A DNA stretch of 63,980 bases, filler included, from Thraustochytrium aureum (taxonomy: Eukaryota): NCBI GenBank assembly GCA_012862495.1. It is 5 parts of 5 records of this genome, joined end to end, with 100 filler letters (N's around TTAATTAATTAA, not from the genome) between each part and the next. Parts side by side here need not be neighbours in the genome. Positions count along the whole stretch, not along the records: positions 24,785 to 52,016 come from BLSG01000073.1; positions 52,117 to 59,192 come from BLSG01000074.1; 3 more parts are not named here. The stretch is one strand, 5' to 3'. Numbering within the stretch: position 1 is the stretch's first letter; every line of letters starts with the position of its first letter. The position numbers and the translations under genes are program-made. This document shows, in pieces, positions 46,074-57,848 of the stretch. The notes under the pieces are model-generated. The model did no database searches and was not told the origin of the DNA. It worked only from the letters and a program-made list of their open reading frames with translations.

Positions 46074-47634
46074 TCATGGTTGCTCTGACGACATGAGAAA
46101 GTCCACGAGAGTCCGCCAATCTTTCACGTGCGACGCTGCGATCCTGCCTTGGTCGTTCACCACTTCGCTCGCACTACGGAACCCCTCAAACTCGTTTTGA
46201 CCCACAGGGAACGAAAAGACCATGAGGTAACTGCAGCTTGATTCTCCTGTTGGGATAAAGAACTCGCCAACGAATCGAGAGCTTGTGACACGCTTCGCCT
46301 TGGGGGCAAACTCAGACTCTACAAATTTCGAGTCAAGCGATGTTGTACAAATCACAAAGGACGGGGCTTGACCGTTGGTTTCGAGTCCCAGATCGGCGAG
46401 GGCCTCGGCGACAGGTTGCGCAAAGATACAGTCGCGACTCACACTGATATCGCCCGCCTCAATGGCGAAGACGCCCTCGCGCCCAGACTCTCCAGCCCCG
46501 TCACCTTTCAGGTGCTCGGTGTACCTGACTACCTTGGCTGAGTCAATGCCGGTACTCTCGGAAAGCCTACACAAGTCGTCCGCGAGGATGTCTTCCAACC
46601 GCGTCTCCACAGCACTACCCTCGGAATTTGCTCGAAAGAACGTTTCCATGGCATCCACGTTGTTCGCAAGCTTCTCCAGCTTTCCAAACAGCTCCCTTGC
46701 GGAGCTCGCCAACCCAACGATGTCGAGCCGCATATTGATGCGGCGGGCGCTCTGGAGTGTTGCGCCTTTCGGCATAAGCTGGTATTTAACGTGCCAGCGC
46801 GCTTGACCAAAGCCTTCGAGGGGAGGTCATGTTGGCTGGCAACCAGGACGGGTCCGCAGCGCTGCAGTACCCTAGACCGAGGGCCTGACTCTTCCCCGAC
46901 TCGATCCCCTGCTTGATTGCTCGAAGGCGGTCCCCTGGTGTCGTCACGCTCAAGTCATGCTCAGCAGCGAGCCTGGTGAGGCTCTGGAGAAACGCCTTGT
47001 GCCGCTTGATTTCCGAACGCAATAGCTCATTCTCTACCGCAAGGTTCACGACGCCACCGCAACGCAGGGCCTCAACCTCCGTCTGCAAATCGGCGATGCG
47101 CGCTTGCAGAAGAATACCCTCTTGCTCCAGCTCACGCTGCCGTTTTCGCAACGCCTCGGCTTCGCCTCGTTTCTTGTGCCGATGCTTGCGGCATGCTTCG
47201 CGATTGCGCACGCGTTGAGCGTGCGGCTCTTGGGTTCGGCTAGACCCGGCGCCACTGCAAGTCGACTGTGCGGACGACACGAAATAGCGTGTGGAAGCAG
47301 TTGACGTGTCCAGTCTTGTCGGATAGTGCGCATCCGCACGTTGGTCTTGGTCTGGGCTCTCGTGCGCCATGTCGACGTCGAGCTGGCCGAATGGCGACCT
47401 GTCAGCGCCAGCCTCGAGAGCGAGCTCGGCGACATCGATCGTGCTATCTCGAGCCAACAGGAAAGTGGATTCTGCGCCATCGACGAGCACATCCTCCAAG
47501 GCGCATTGACCAGAGCCGCCGTCAAGCGCACTTGCCTCAAACGCGTCGTCGCCAAACTCTGCTAACAGCATCGCGTCCAGCCCTGCAGCGTCAACCTCGT
47601 CGAAGCCTTCAACTTCACCACTGTTTTGGGTCAT
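46074..47634 (-). CDS. bZIP transcription factor with C-terminal START-like domain; frameshift near 46815
   Basis: Basic region QRVRNREACRKHRHKK plus leucine zipper (L-x6-L repeats); downstream ORF has START-like RDCIF...VICTTS...KRVTS...GEFFIPTGESSCSYLMVF. Confidence 0.75.
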
Positions 47635-47982
47635 CACTCACAAGCTCTCCGGCGGCCACTATCTCTCGCTCTGAAGAGAGCTGGGCGGCTGGCTACCGAG
47701 CTGGCTGCCTCCCGCCTGCTGCCTGCCTCTGCCTGGCTGCCTCGCTGCCTGCCGCCTGCCTGGCTGCCTCGCTGCGTGCCGTCTCAACGCTACAGTTCAG
47801 GTCTTGTGGGTTGGCACCGAGTCCACCGCGTTTGCATTCCTGGACAACGAACGGCGAGGCCGAAAACCGGGTGGGCTCCCAGCAGGTAGTTGAGTACTCC
47901 TGCTCTACTACCTGCCTGCTCAGGAACAGCGCGGTCGGTCGCGCGAGGCTGGCTCGGTGACGGCCGCACGGCCGCGAGGACC

Positions 47983-49443
47983 ATGTCCGATGCAGTTGTG
48001 CGCTCTCTGGCGGTTGGCCTCGCTGATGCTGGGGAGAAGGGGCAGACACGTTCCAGCCCGTCGACCGCGCAACGAGCTCTCTCCGCGGAGCTCGCTCCTG
48101 CTCGAGAGATAGCTGGGCCGCTCGGCCGCCGCAGGGCGCTCCGGGCAGCCCGCCCGGGCACGCTTCAGGCCGCTGCAAGCGGCCTTGGCCCCAACGACAC
48201 GATCACAACAACCGCCAGAGAAATGCAGGCTCAAGCGGCCCAAGGGGCGCTTTCGATGGCAGGCAGCGAGGCCGACAAGGCCGCCCCGAGCGCACGGCGC
48301 GAGGATGGGTCGGTGGCTGGCGCCGCTCGAGAAATTCCAGTCCAGGACCTCGGAGAAGCCCACGCTAGCGGCAACAACCGCCAAGCTCCGCCGGACGCGA
48401 GGGGCTCTCCGAGGCGTCCTGCAGACTATGGGCTTGCGCGAATCGAGCTGGTGCGCGCCAGCCTCGAAGAGGCCCAAAGCGGGCACCTGGTCGCGCAGGA
48501 AGAGGCCGAAAAACTCGAGAGCGAGCTGGCTGCACTCCGTCAGGCCCTCGACGAAGAACGCGCCGCACACGAAGAAACGAGAAACAGGTCCCGGGAGGAG
48601 ATCCAAGTCTGGTCCGAGTATGCACAGAGCCTCGAAGCAGAACAAGATCAGCAGAACGCTGTGGTCGACGAGTTGCGAGAAACGGCGCGCACCCTCGAGC
48701 TCCTGCACGAGGCACACGAGCTCCTCCGCGAAGAGTCGCGGCGCGAAATAGACTTTTGGACGCTGAAGCTCGAGGAAGAACATGAGGACTGCGTCCGGCT
48801 GCGCCGTACAAACGCGGCGTTGGCCACGAGGCTCAATATGGCGCGCGAGGAGCTCGGCATGTACGCGGAAGACGTCGTCGCCGCCCAGGCGCTGGTGGTC
48901 AGGAGCGGCGGGGTCGATGCTGCGAGCAGAGCGCGTCAAGCCCAGCTTGCCTGCGCGCTCAAGGAGCAGTCCGAGGAGCTCGAGTATTTCAAAGCAAAGG
49001 CAGCCGCGCTCGCGCGCGCGACGGCGCTCGGTGAGCGCAAATTGGTCTTTTCGAGAGCGGCGGCTTGTGGCGCGCTCCGGTATTGTGATTGGGCTTGCGT
49101 GCCAGCCGGCACAAATAGCTCGAGGACCAGAGCGAGCTCGAACGGGCCGATTCCGGACCGATCCACGGCAGCAAAACCAGGGCCCAAGTCTGCCGCGTGT
49201 CGACCCCGTGCGGCAGCTTGTCGACCTCTGGATGGTCGCGTGCTGGGCGCTCCCGAGGAAGGGCTGGCGAACTTGGCGCGGCCCCGCCATGCGCTCGGCA
49301 AAGAAAACTCTTTCAAAGCTGCGAACGCAAAGAGTGCGGTAGCGAGCTTGGGGGGCATCGGTGCGCGCTCCCTCGCACCGTGTGGGGTAGGCCAAGCTAG
49401 TTGCGAACCTGCCGATCCGCGACGCTTGACAGGCACGGAGTAG
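47983..49443 (+). CDS. Coiled-coil protein of unknown function (486 aa)
   Basis: Intact ORF, long E/A/L/R heptad region. Confidence 0.65.
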   Translation: MSDAVVRSLAVGLADAGEKGQTRSSPSTAQRALSAELAPAREIAGPLGRRRALRAARPGTLQAAASGLGPNDTITTTAREMQAQAAQGALSMAGSEADKAAPSARREDGSVAGAAREIPVQDLGEAHASGNNRQAPPDARGSPRRPADYGLARIELVRASLEEAQSGHLVAQEEAEKLESELAALRQALDEERAAHEETRNRSREEIQVWSEYAQSLEAEQDQQNAVVDELRETARTLELLHEAHELLREESRREIDFWTLKLEEEHEDCVRLRRTNAALATRLNMAREELGMYAEDVVAAQALVVRSGGVDAASRARQAQLACALKEQSEELEYFKAKAAALARATALGERKLVFSRAAACGALRYCDWACVPAGTNSSRTRASSNGPIPDRSTAAKPGPKSAACRPRAAACRPLDGRVLGAPEEGLANLARPRHALGKENSFKAANAKSAVASLGGIGARSLAPCGVGQASCEPADPRRLTGTE

Positions 49444-49615
49444 GCTTTGCGGTGCAGGGCAGCAGCACATTCGCGACTCGGATAGTAAAACTTTGGGGCC
49501 GGCCTGGACCTGCGAATTCCCACTCGCGACGTGGCGAATCTGAGTAATTCAATTGTTTTTTGAAAATAGCCGTGCTACATACCGTGCTTGGGCGGGCGGA
49601 CGGGCTCATGTACAT

Positions 49616-50588
49616 CTAGAGCTTGGCGCTGGTTTTGGGCTGCTCAGGAATATCAAACAATTTCATAGTAGCAAGAAGCGCTTCTTGGTCCGGCTCGCCG
49701 ACGGTGATGCCTCGGAACTTGCGCTTGACCTGCACGATGGAAAACAAGTCGCGAGCTACCTGCTCATGGCAGGTCCCCAAAACAGTGGGGAGGACCTTTG
49801 CTGCTTTGCTGCGAAAGTGCGCTGTCAGGACCATTCGCGTGCGGGCCGAACTTGGCGGGTTTGGGAGCGCGCCGTGTATCACGAGAGGATGAAAGAGGAC
49901 GCCCATCCCCCGTTTGACGGGAACAGGCACGACCATCCCTGCAGCTCGGTACCTCTCCATGACGTTCGTCGCGACGGTTCGGTAGCCGACGCGCTTGAGC
50001 CCTTTCTGGCCGGAAAAACGCGTGGTCGTGCAGCACCCGGTCGCGATGCGAGCCGGGCACCATGTAGAGGCACCCGTTCCCCTCGTCGGCGTCCTCGGGC
50101 GCGATCCAGGTGCCAACGACGCGATGCACCGCGTGCTCGTCAAAGTAAAAGTAAAGCCAGTCCTGGTGCGCTGGGTGCTCGAGCGCGCCAGGCGGGCGAA
50201 CCAGGAACTTGGTGCTGATGCTAGAGAGCGCTTCGTCGCCGACGACACCGTGCACTGCGCGAAGCAGGCCGGGGCTGCGCAGGTGCAGCTCGGCAAAGAC
50301 AGGGTCGTTGTTGATCACCTCAATCTTCTCCAAATGCTCCGCCGACGTCGGGCTCCTCACAGGCAGCATCTTGTCCGGCAAGGGGTCCACCTTCCCCGCG
50401 GCCACCTCCTTGTACCTCTCCACCATCCGTGCAATGTCCTCGTCCTTCATCTTGGGGTCAAACAAGCAGTATCCACGCTCGTGGTAGTCGCGCACTTGCT
50501 CTGGCGAAAACCACTCCGGGTGCGCCATGAGCGGTGCCGCGCCGCCAAATCCATCCAACTCGGCTCCGATCGCCGTGGCCGACCCCAT
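49616..50588 (-). CDS. PhyH-family Fe(II)/2-oxoglutarate dioxygenase with PTS1; frameshift near 50015
   Basis: HQD, WIAPEDADEGNGCLYMVPGSH, FHPLVIHG..PN...R; C-terminus -AKL*. Confidence 0.9.
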
Positions 50589-51312
50589 CGCCCTGCGCAG
50601 ACGCCCAGCGCACTGCGACGCGCCCTGCTTGCAACGCCGTGCATGAACCGTTTGACCAGGGCCGCGCTTACGTTGCGTTGGGCTATTGACGACGGGGGCG
50701 GAACGAACGAGATCATCATCCCGATAATCATCGTCTCACTGACGATCGATCGACCATGCCTCCGGCTCGCCTTGGTAGAGCGTGCTCTTCCTCCTGCTGC
50801 GCTCGGGTTGTACCTGCGTCCAGGGACGTACGTAGTAGCAGGTGGGGTTGAGACGCTCGCCAAGCCAGGCCACGAGCGTGGCTTGGATCCGACGACCGAG
50901 TCCCGACCTGAGGAGAAAGAAGCAAGCAACGATCGATCGATCGGTCGATCAATCGATCTTTGGACCTCCGCGGCTTGTCCCTGGCCGCGTTGGGGTTTGT
51001 CGTCAGTCTCATGCAACCTGATTGCATGCTGTCGCGTCATGCAGCCTGCGCCCCGGGGGGAGCAAGCGAAACCTCGGTGTGCAAGTGGGGGTCGCACTCG
51101 AGGAGTACCCTCTACTCACTTGCTCCCCTGTAGCTCGATGCGAGGCTCTCGTTGGCCACGGGGCATTGCGACGTGGCCAACGCTCCCATTGCCCCGTGGC
51201 CAAGCTCCCGCGCTCATCGCAGTTCCGCAACCTGAGGCAGGCACGCAACAGCCCCAACCTCTACTGGAGACCTCTGGACTAGCTCTAGTAGAGAGAGCCT
51301 GAGCGGCGCGAG

Positions 51313-52016
51313 ATGGAAGAAGGGCAGAACGAAGCGCAGCTCGCGTGGTGGCAGACCGCCGTCGTCTACCAGCTGTACCCGCGCAGCTTTAAAGACTCGG
51401 ACAGCAACGGAATCGGAGACCTGGAAGGCATCCGCAGCAAACTCGACTACCTCGAGGGCCTCGGCGTGGAGTGCCTATGGCTCTCCCCCGTGAGCCCCTC
51501 GCCCCAAGTCGACTTTGGGTACGACGTCGCCGACTACACGGCGGTGGACCAAGTTTACGGCGGCCTGCCCGCCATGAAGGCGCTGCTAGCGGACGCGCAT
51601 GCGCGCGGGATGAAGATCATGATGGACGGCGTGTTCAACCACACATCTGACGAGCACGAATGGTTCAAGCAGGCGCGCTCAAGCAAGGACAGCCCGATGC
51701 GGGACTTTTACATTTGGCACCCAGGCACAGCAAACGGGTCCGTGCCCAATAACTGGTGCTCCAACTTTGGCGGGCCGGCCTGGACCCGCGACGAAGCTTC
51801 GGGCGAGTACTTCCTGCACAGCTTCCACCCGAGGCAGCCCGACCTGAACTGGCGCAACCCAAAGGTAGTTGAGGCCATCTTGGGCGCAATGCGGTGGTGG
51901 CTCGAGCTCGGCGTGGACGGGTTTCGGCTCGACGTGTTCAACTGCTACTTCAAGAGCGCTGGCCTCGAGTCAAACCCGCAGCGCTGGGACGCGCTCGGCG
52001 TCCTGTCACGGTTTAT
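51313..52016 (+). CDS. GH13 alpha-glucosidase / oligo-1,6-glucosidase, truncated at scaffold end
   Basis: WWQTAVVYQLYPRSF, GIGDLEGI, GYDVADY, DGVFNHTSDEHEWF, QPDLNW, GVDGFRLDV. Confidence 0.93.
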
Positions 52017-52060
52017 NNNNNNNNNNNNNNNNNNNNNNNNNNNNNNNNNNNNNNNNNNNN

Positions 52061-52072
52061 TTAATTAATTAA
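52061..52072. other. Artificial scaffold-join linker
   Basis: TTAATTAATTAA within 44N/44N. Confidence 0.95.
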
Positions 52073-52116
52073 NNNNNNNNNNNNNNNNNNNNNNNNNNNN
52101 NNNNNNNNNNNNNNNN

Positions 52117-55100
52117 GTAGCTGACCTGGCCAAGCATCGCGTCCAGCTGCACCTTGACATCTGTCAGTTTCCAGTAGTTGAGCTGCAGCCCCTGAGTGAT
52201 GCAGACCGCCGCAAAGCCCTCCTTCGTGATGCTCTCGCCGTCGTCGTCGTCCTCCGAGTCGTTGACGCGGTTCCACAAGGTGAATATGCTCCGCTGGTCC
52301 AGCTCTGCGGCGGGCTGGCAAGCGTGGATGAGCTCGTGAAACTCGGCAAAGGAGAGCACCCCGTTGCCATCCTCGTCAAACCGCTCGAAAAGCAGCATCA
52401 GCATCTTGCGGTCGATCAAGAGCTTCTCCAGGAACAAGAGCAAGATGCTCTCCAGGAGCAAATCCAGGTCCACGTGCAGCACGGTGCCGCTGTCTTTGAT
52501 CTCCTCAATCTCGCAGGCAGGCCGCGCGATCGCCTCCAAGCGAGGGCTCAGCAGCTGCCGCAGCGCCGCTGGCATGGTCCAGCTCCGCTTGATCTGCTTG
52601 GCCAGTGGCCCCACGCCCGCGTCGCTGCTCCCACTGGCATTCTTCTTCTTCTTCTTCTTCTTCGGCTTCTTGGCGTTTTGGTTTTTCGATGATGCTTCCG
52701 ACGCTGCATGCAATTGCGCGCGCGCCCCCTCGCCGCCTGCATGGCCTCGGCCACCTTGCTCGAGGTCCAGGAAGACTTCGTCCTCGAGGTCGTCGACACG
52801 AAATATTTGGAAGGCCGCCGACATCGCTGGCTGTCAGCGGCACAAACACTTTGGACTTGCTCAGCGACGCAGCGACTTGGTCCGCACCGGCGTACAGCCG
52901 GACCAGGTACTCGCAAACCAAGTCGCCCGACAGCGGCGAGTAGAGCTCGGGCCGGATCACGCCGCACGCGACGCCAAAGATCTCTGCGCGCTTGCACTCG
53001 CGCCACGAANNNNNNNNNNNNNNNNNNNNNNNNNNNNNNNNNNNNNNNNNNNNNNNNNNNNNNNNNNNNNNNNNNNNNNNNNNNNNNNNNNNNNNNNNNN
53101 NNNNNNNNNNNNNNNNNNNNNNNNNNNNNNNNNNNNNNATGTACTCGTTCGAAATCTTCTTCAGGCCGTACTTTTGGGTAAAGTAGTCCATCGCCATGTT
53201 GCAGAGGGGGTGTCGCTCCCCGGTTTGGCGGTGGTCCTGGTCGAGCAGGATTTTCTTGGCATAAATCTCACCGATAATCGAGTTGCCCAGGCTCTCCCCG
53301 CTCACATCTCGGCCCTTGGTCTTCCCGCCCTTGAGGAAGCGGTCCCAGGGGTGCGCCTTGCCGACAAAGACGCTCTGCTCGCGCGATCCCTTGGCCTTTT
53401 TGATCTCGACCTTTACAGAAAAGGCCTCGCTCGAGAGGATACGGTCAAACCCCTTGACGGTGACACCCTTCAGAACTGCACCCAGCGACTCGTTGCTCAG
53501 CAACCCCTCGAGCGCGGCGACAAATGCGGCTTGGTCGGTCACTGCCGCAAAGCTCGACCCGTCCGTGTTTGTGCCCATTTCCCGCTGGGCGCCGTGCCCT
53601 TGAACGACGATCCCACTGTTAAGAAACTGAACGCTTGCAGAGGGCAGCGCAAGTCGTCTGTGCATGGCGAGCTCGCGCTCCTGCGCTTGGCGCGCTCGCA
53701 GGGCATCCGCCGCCTCCTCGCCCTCCTCGATCTCGTTGTTGCCAGCGTTCATCGGTTCGCTCACGCGGTCGTGCTCGCTGTCGTCCTGGGCCGGCCCAGC
53801 CGTCTCGCCACTCGTGTCCTCGTCCGAGAGCTTGTCTTGCACGTGCGAGCCGAGCGGCCGGTTGAGCACGGCGTCGCAAAAGCTGCCCGTATGAATGAAG
53901 GCGTCAAGCGCGGCGTGAAACGCCTGCCTCTCTTCAGGGCTGTTGAACCCAAACACATCGATTTGGCTCAGCAAGTGCGCCAGCAACCTGTACCGGTGGT
54001 CGATTGGCAGGTCGCTGATGATCTGGCCCAGCGAGGCAGGATCGTCCATTGTGAGCTCGAACAAGCGCCCGTCTCCAAGCAACTTGTTCAGCGCTCTGAC
54101 GCGAAATTCGCCCGAGGTGGCGTGCAACAGCGACTCGAGAAGCTCCGCGAGCACCTCTTCCTCAAGATTGCCTACGAGGTAGAACAGCTCGTCCCGCGAC
54201 AGCCCGTTGACGCGCCGGCTCAGTTCAAACGGCGAAAACACTGCAAGCATGGATTTGCGCTGGCTCGCCGTCATGGCCTCTGCCCCCAGCATGGTCTCGG
54301 ACTCCCCGATCCGGTCGCAAGCGCCACAATCGCCGTCGCTGTCGTCGTCTTCACTTTCGCCGTCGTCCCTGCCGCGCTTGGCGAGTTTGCCGTCTGCGCG
54401 AGTGCCGCGCCTTTGCTTTTTCACCGCCACGCTCTTGCGGCGCGCGATGAACTCGTCAAGGTCCGGGTCGGATTCAAAGTTCCCGTCGTTGGCTCCTTCC
54501 TCGTTGCTCGGCTCCGCGCCGGTGGGCTCGCACGGCCCGGCGCCGCGGATCAGCGCAAGAATATCGTCGTTCTTTGCTAGTTGCTTTTTGAAGCGGTCCA
54601 TCTCAAGCGCGTGCTGCAGGTTGAGCTGCCGCACGTGCTCGGCAAAGGCCTGCCGCGCGCGGTCCTTGTCGCTGGCGCACTCGTCGAGGAGGTTCTTGCA
54701 GAGTGCGTCCATGCGCTCGAAGTGCGCGGCCCACACCATGTCAAGGTAGCGCACGCGAAGAGTGAGTTGATCAAAGAGGCGCTGCGTCCGCGTGTCGATT
54801 GCGACATTTACAAACGCGGCTTGCAGCAGCTGCATCTCGCACTTGAGGCGGCCCACTTGTCGACGGTACTCTGCGTGCTCCTGGAAAAACGCTGCAGGAG
54901 TCCCCTCGCCAGGTCCTGCGCGTGCGCCCTTGGAAAGTGCCGTTTGACTCTGCGCAGGATCGCTAGGCCTTTGCAAGTGCTTGGTCTCGTCGATCAGAGC
55001 CACTGTTCGTGGTACGTGCAGCGGCGCCGACGCGAGGTCGCCTCCGTCCGCAAGGCAGAGGCGCTCCCGGCCACTTTCGCCGCGCGCCAGAAACTCGAGC

Positions 55101-55382
55101 GAGGGGGCGCGCACTAAGGGGACGCGATCCAAAAGGCTCTTGTCCACAACCTCGCGTGCAGCGCCTTGTACCGCTCTCAACGGCTTGAGCTCGGCCAAAC
55201 CCCTCGTTCCAGGCCTGGGCGCCAACCTCGCCTGCCCGGCCCCAGCGGGCAGCCTCGCCAGACCCGCCGATCCCCGGCGGCGCCCAATCCCGTATTCCAA
55301 GCTCGTCTTCCGACCTGCTCAGCACGATCCCGGCCGCCTTGTCATGCCTCGGCGGGCGGCCGGCGTCGCAGAATCCGCCATG
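52117..55382 (-). CDS. Coiled-coil plus EF-hand protein with TSNAXIP1-like central motif; partial, gap and frameshifts; start uncertain
   Basis: IIGEIYAKK...DYFTQKYGLKKISNEY...AEIFGVACG; EF loop DEDGNGVLSFAEF; poly-Lys from (TTC)n at ~52640-52663. Confidence 0.65.
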
Positions 55383-56436
55383 TCGGCCTCGAAGCCTGCC
55401 GAACGGGTCGAAGCCCGCANNNNNNNNNNNNNNNNNNNNNNNNNNNNNNNNNNNNNNNNNNNNNNNNNNNNNNNNNNNNNNNNNNNNNNNNNNNNNNNNN
55501 NNNNNNNNNNNNNNNNNNNNNNNNNNNNNNNNNNNNNNNNNNNNNNNNNNNNNNNNNNNNNNNNNNNNNNNNNNNNNNNNNNNNNNNNNNNNNNNNNNNN
55601 NNNNNNNNNNNNNNNNNNNNNNNNNNNNNNNNNNNNNNNNNNNNNNNNNNNNNNNNNNNNNNNNNNNNNNNNNNNNNNNNNNNNNNNNNNNNNNNNNNNN
55701 NNNNNNNNNNNNNNNNNNNNNNNNNNNNNNNNNNNNNNNNNNNNNNNNNNNNNNNNNNNNNNNNNNNNNNNNNNNNNNNNNNNNNNNNNNNNNNGCACTG
55801 TGGCTTGCCTAGTAGAAGAGCTATGGTGCTGTTGTTCACCGGATCGTTTTCGTTTCATCAATGGTGGCCGAGCTCGCGCATGTGCAGCAGCTGTCTATCC
55901 TCGGTACTCGTCGAGAATACTCGACTTGCGCAGAGTTGTCAGCTGATTCGACGGGGGGTTCGAGCGCCCCCGCCGCGCCACGCCGGCCTGCCAGCTGCCG
56001 AGTTTGTTGGCTGGCAAGTCGAAAGACTCGAAACCATCGACTTTTTCCCCCTGCTGCCGCAGTGCTGGCCGCTTTTGAGCTGCTCGCCGACAGTCCCCCG
56101 TTTGCTCAGAGGCCCGTGCAAGGCGGCTGCGTGGCCTTGCTTGCGTTGGCCGGGGTTTGGTGCGTGGCAGCAAGGCGACGATACATGTTCAACGCCCCGC
56201 TGCAGCGCTCTTAGTGGCGCTCGCGCGGTTGCGCACGCGCTGGTTCAACAAAAGGAGGAAATCGTCGCTTGTTGTAGGCTGAACAGGAGCGACTGCCCAA
56301 TCAAAAAGCTAGCTAACTCGGAGGGGCTGGCTGTAGCCGCCTGATCGCGGACCGCGGTCGCACCCCAAGCCATGGCAGGAAAGGCGGCTTCAGCGAAGAG
56401 CAATGCCCGCTCGTGGCCAAGCCGCCGGACTGCACG

Positions 56437-57332
56437 CTAAGCGACCACAGGCTTGCCGCGCGAAGGAGGCATGATGCGCAAGAGGCGAAAGATCGCCACA
56501 AGAAGACGCGTCGTGTAGGCTTTTGATCTTTTCCTTGACCATGAGCATGATCGCCGACGACAAAACGGACTGGAACAGCTGGGCCGAAAGCCCCTTGAAC
56601 AGGCCCTGCACACCTTCGTTCTGGAGGATCTCGCGCAGGGCCTCCACAAGGCCCTTTGCCTTTGCGTTGCCCTCGGAGGTCTGCTGAATCGTCCGGCACA
56701 TGTCCATCGGGTAGGTCGCGGTGACCGCAATGGAGCTCGCCACTGTGCCTAGCGCAAAGGCCTCCAGCGCCGAGAGGTCCCTTGCGCGCCCCGAGAACGA
56801 GCGGCCGCACTTGGTCGAACACGCTCATCTGGATAGCGGGCTGCATCGCTCCGAGCACGTAGGCGTCGAGCGAGACGTAAAACTTGCCGAGTCCTCCTTC
56901 GCGGTACATGTCGCGCGCGCAGGCCACAGCGCTCACCTGCTTGCCTTTCGCGGCTTGCACACGCGAGACGACCGCCTCGAGAGGCATTATGAGCGGCAGC
57001 TCGAGGACCTCCGAGAAAAACCCAATCACCAGGTTGGAGAGCGTGTCCAGGCCGCCAGAGGCGTCCGCCATCGCCGCGAGCCGCAGTTTGCTCAGGCTCG
57101 AGTACAGGTAAAAGTAGAAAAACTTGCCCGTCACGGATTTGAACATCTTGGGCCCGATGCCCTTGTACAGGCCAGCGGTCCCGCCGGCCTCCTCCTGGAG
57201 CGTCTCAACGGTCTCTGAAAACCCCTGGCCGGTTGTCGCCATCCTCGTCTTGATCAAGTCAAGCGGGTACACGACGAGCTTGGAGCACGCGCTGCCCACC
57301 GCGGCGTTCGTCGCCTCGATGAACGCCTCCAT
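56437..57332 (-). CDS. Mitochondrial carrier family (SLC25), peroxisomal adenine nucleotide/cofactor type (PMP34/ANT1-like); frameshifts near 56790 and 56522
   Basis: Three Px[DE]xx[KR] motifs (YPLDLIKTR, MPLEAVVSR, YPMDMCRT); FFYFYLYS, QPAIQMSVFD, GLFKGL..QL.QSVL.SA.MLMVKEKI. Confidence 0.88.
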
Positions 57333-57464
57333 GGCAGCAGCCTACGCGCGCGGTGTCGCGTCGCGTGCGGCCTCGTCCTGCCTCAACGACGTCCGTCCTC
57401 GCCGAGATGCCCCAGCAAGGCTCTCGACCCGAGCGCCGCGCGTCCAGGCCTCCTCCTCCACCTG

Positions 57465-57468
<4 letters not shown>

Positions 57469-57495
<27 letters not shown>
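57469..57495. repeat. (TGC)n microsatellite upstream of the carrier gene
   Basis: Direct reading, about 9 units. Confidence 0.85.
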
Positions 57496-57499
<4 letters not shown>

Positions 57500-57848
57500 G
57501 GCGTTCAGGGACAGCGCAGGCCGCGGCTCGAGGCCGACCGGAGTCCATTTCGACGCGCGACTCCACTTCGACGCGCGAAGTGTGCGACATTGGGCAAGTC
57601 GCGCTCGTGGCAGGCGAGCGCGAGCGCTGGGCCAGGAGCTCCAGCCGACCCGGCACAGGGGCATTAGCCGGCAGGCAGGCCGGCAGGCCTGCCAGCCTGA
57701 CTGCTGCCTCTTCAGGTGGAGTGCCAGGGCGGGCGGTTGGTGGCGGATTCGGGACATTGAGCAGGCCAGGAAGGCCGCCCGCGCGCTTGCCCGCTCGCTC
57801 GCTCGCTCGCTTGCCCGCTCGCTCGCCCGCCTCCTGGCGACGCGCGCG

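Noticed and set aside
55319..55321. In-frame TGA after Cys (GSC*AG), possible selenocysteine
   Set aside because: Lies in a low-complexity N-terminus with no redox fold and no SECIS seen; indel errors are more likely
55945..55980. tRNA-like T-arm GGGGGTTCGAGCGCCCCC...CCA
   Set aside because: No complementary 5' acceptor strand, D-arm or anticodon arm upstream
55795..56344. Possible frameshifted + strand gene fragment
   Set aside because: No recognisable motif and no confident reading frame
49616..57332. Peroxisomal gene cluster (PhyH + SLC25 carrier)
   Set aside because: Separated by an artificial scaffold join at 52061
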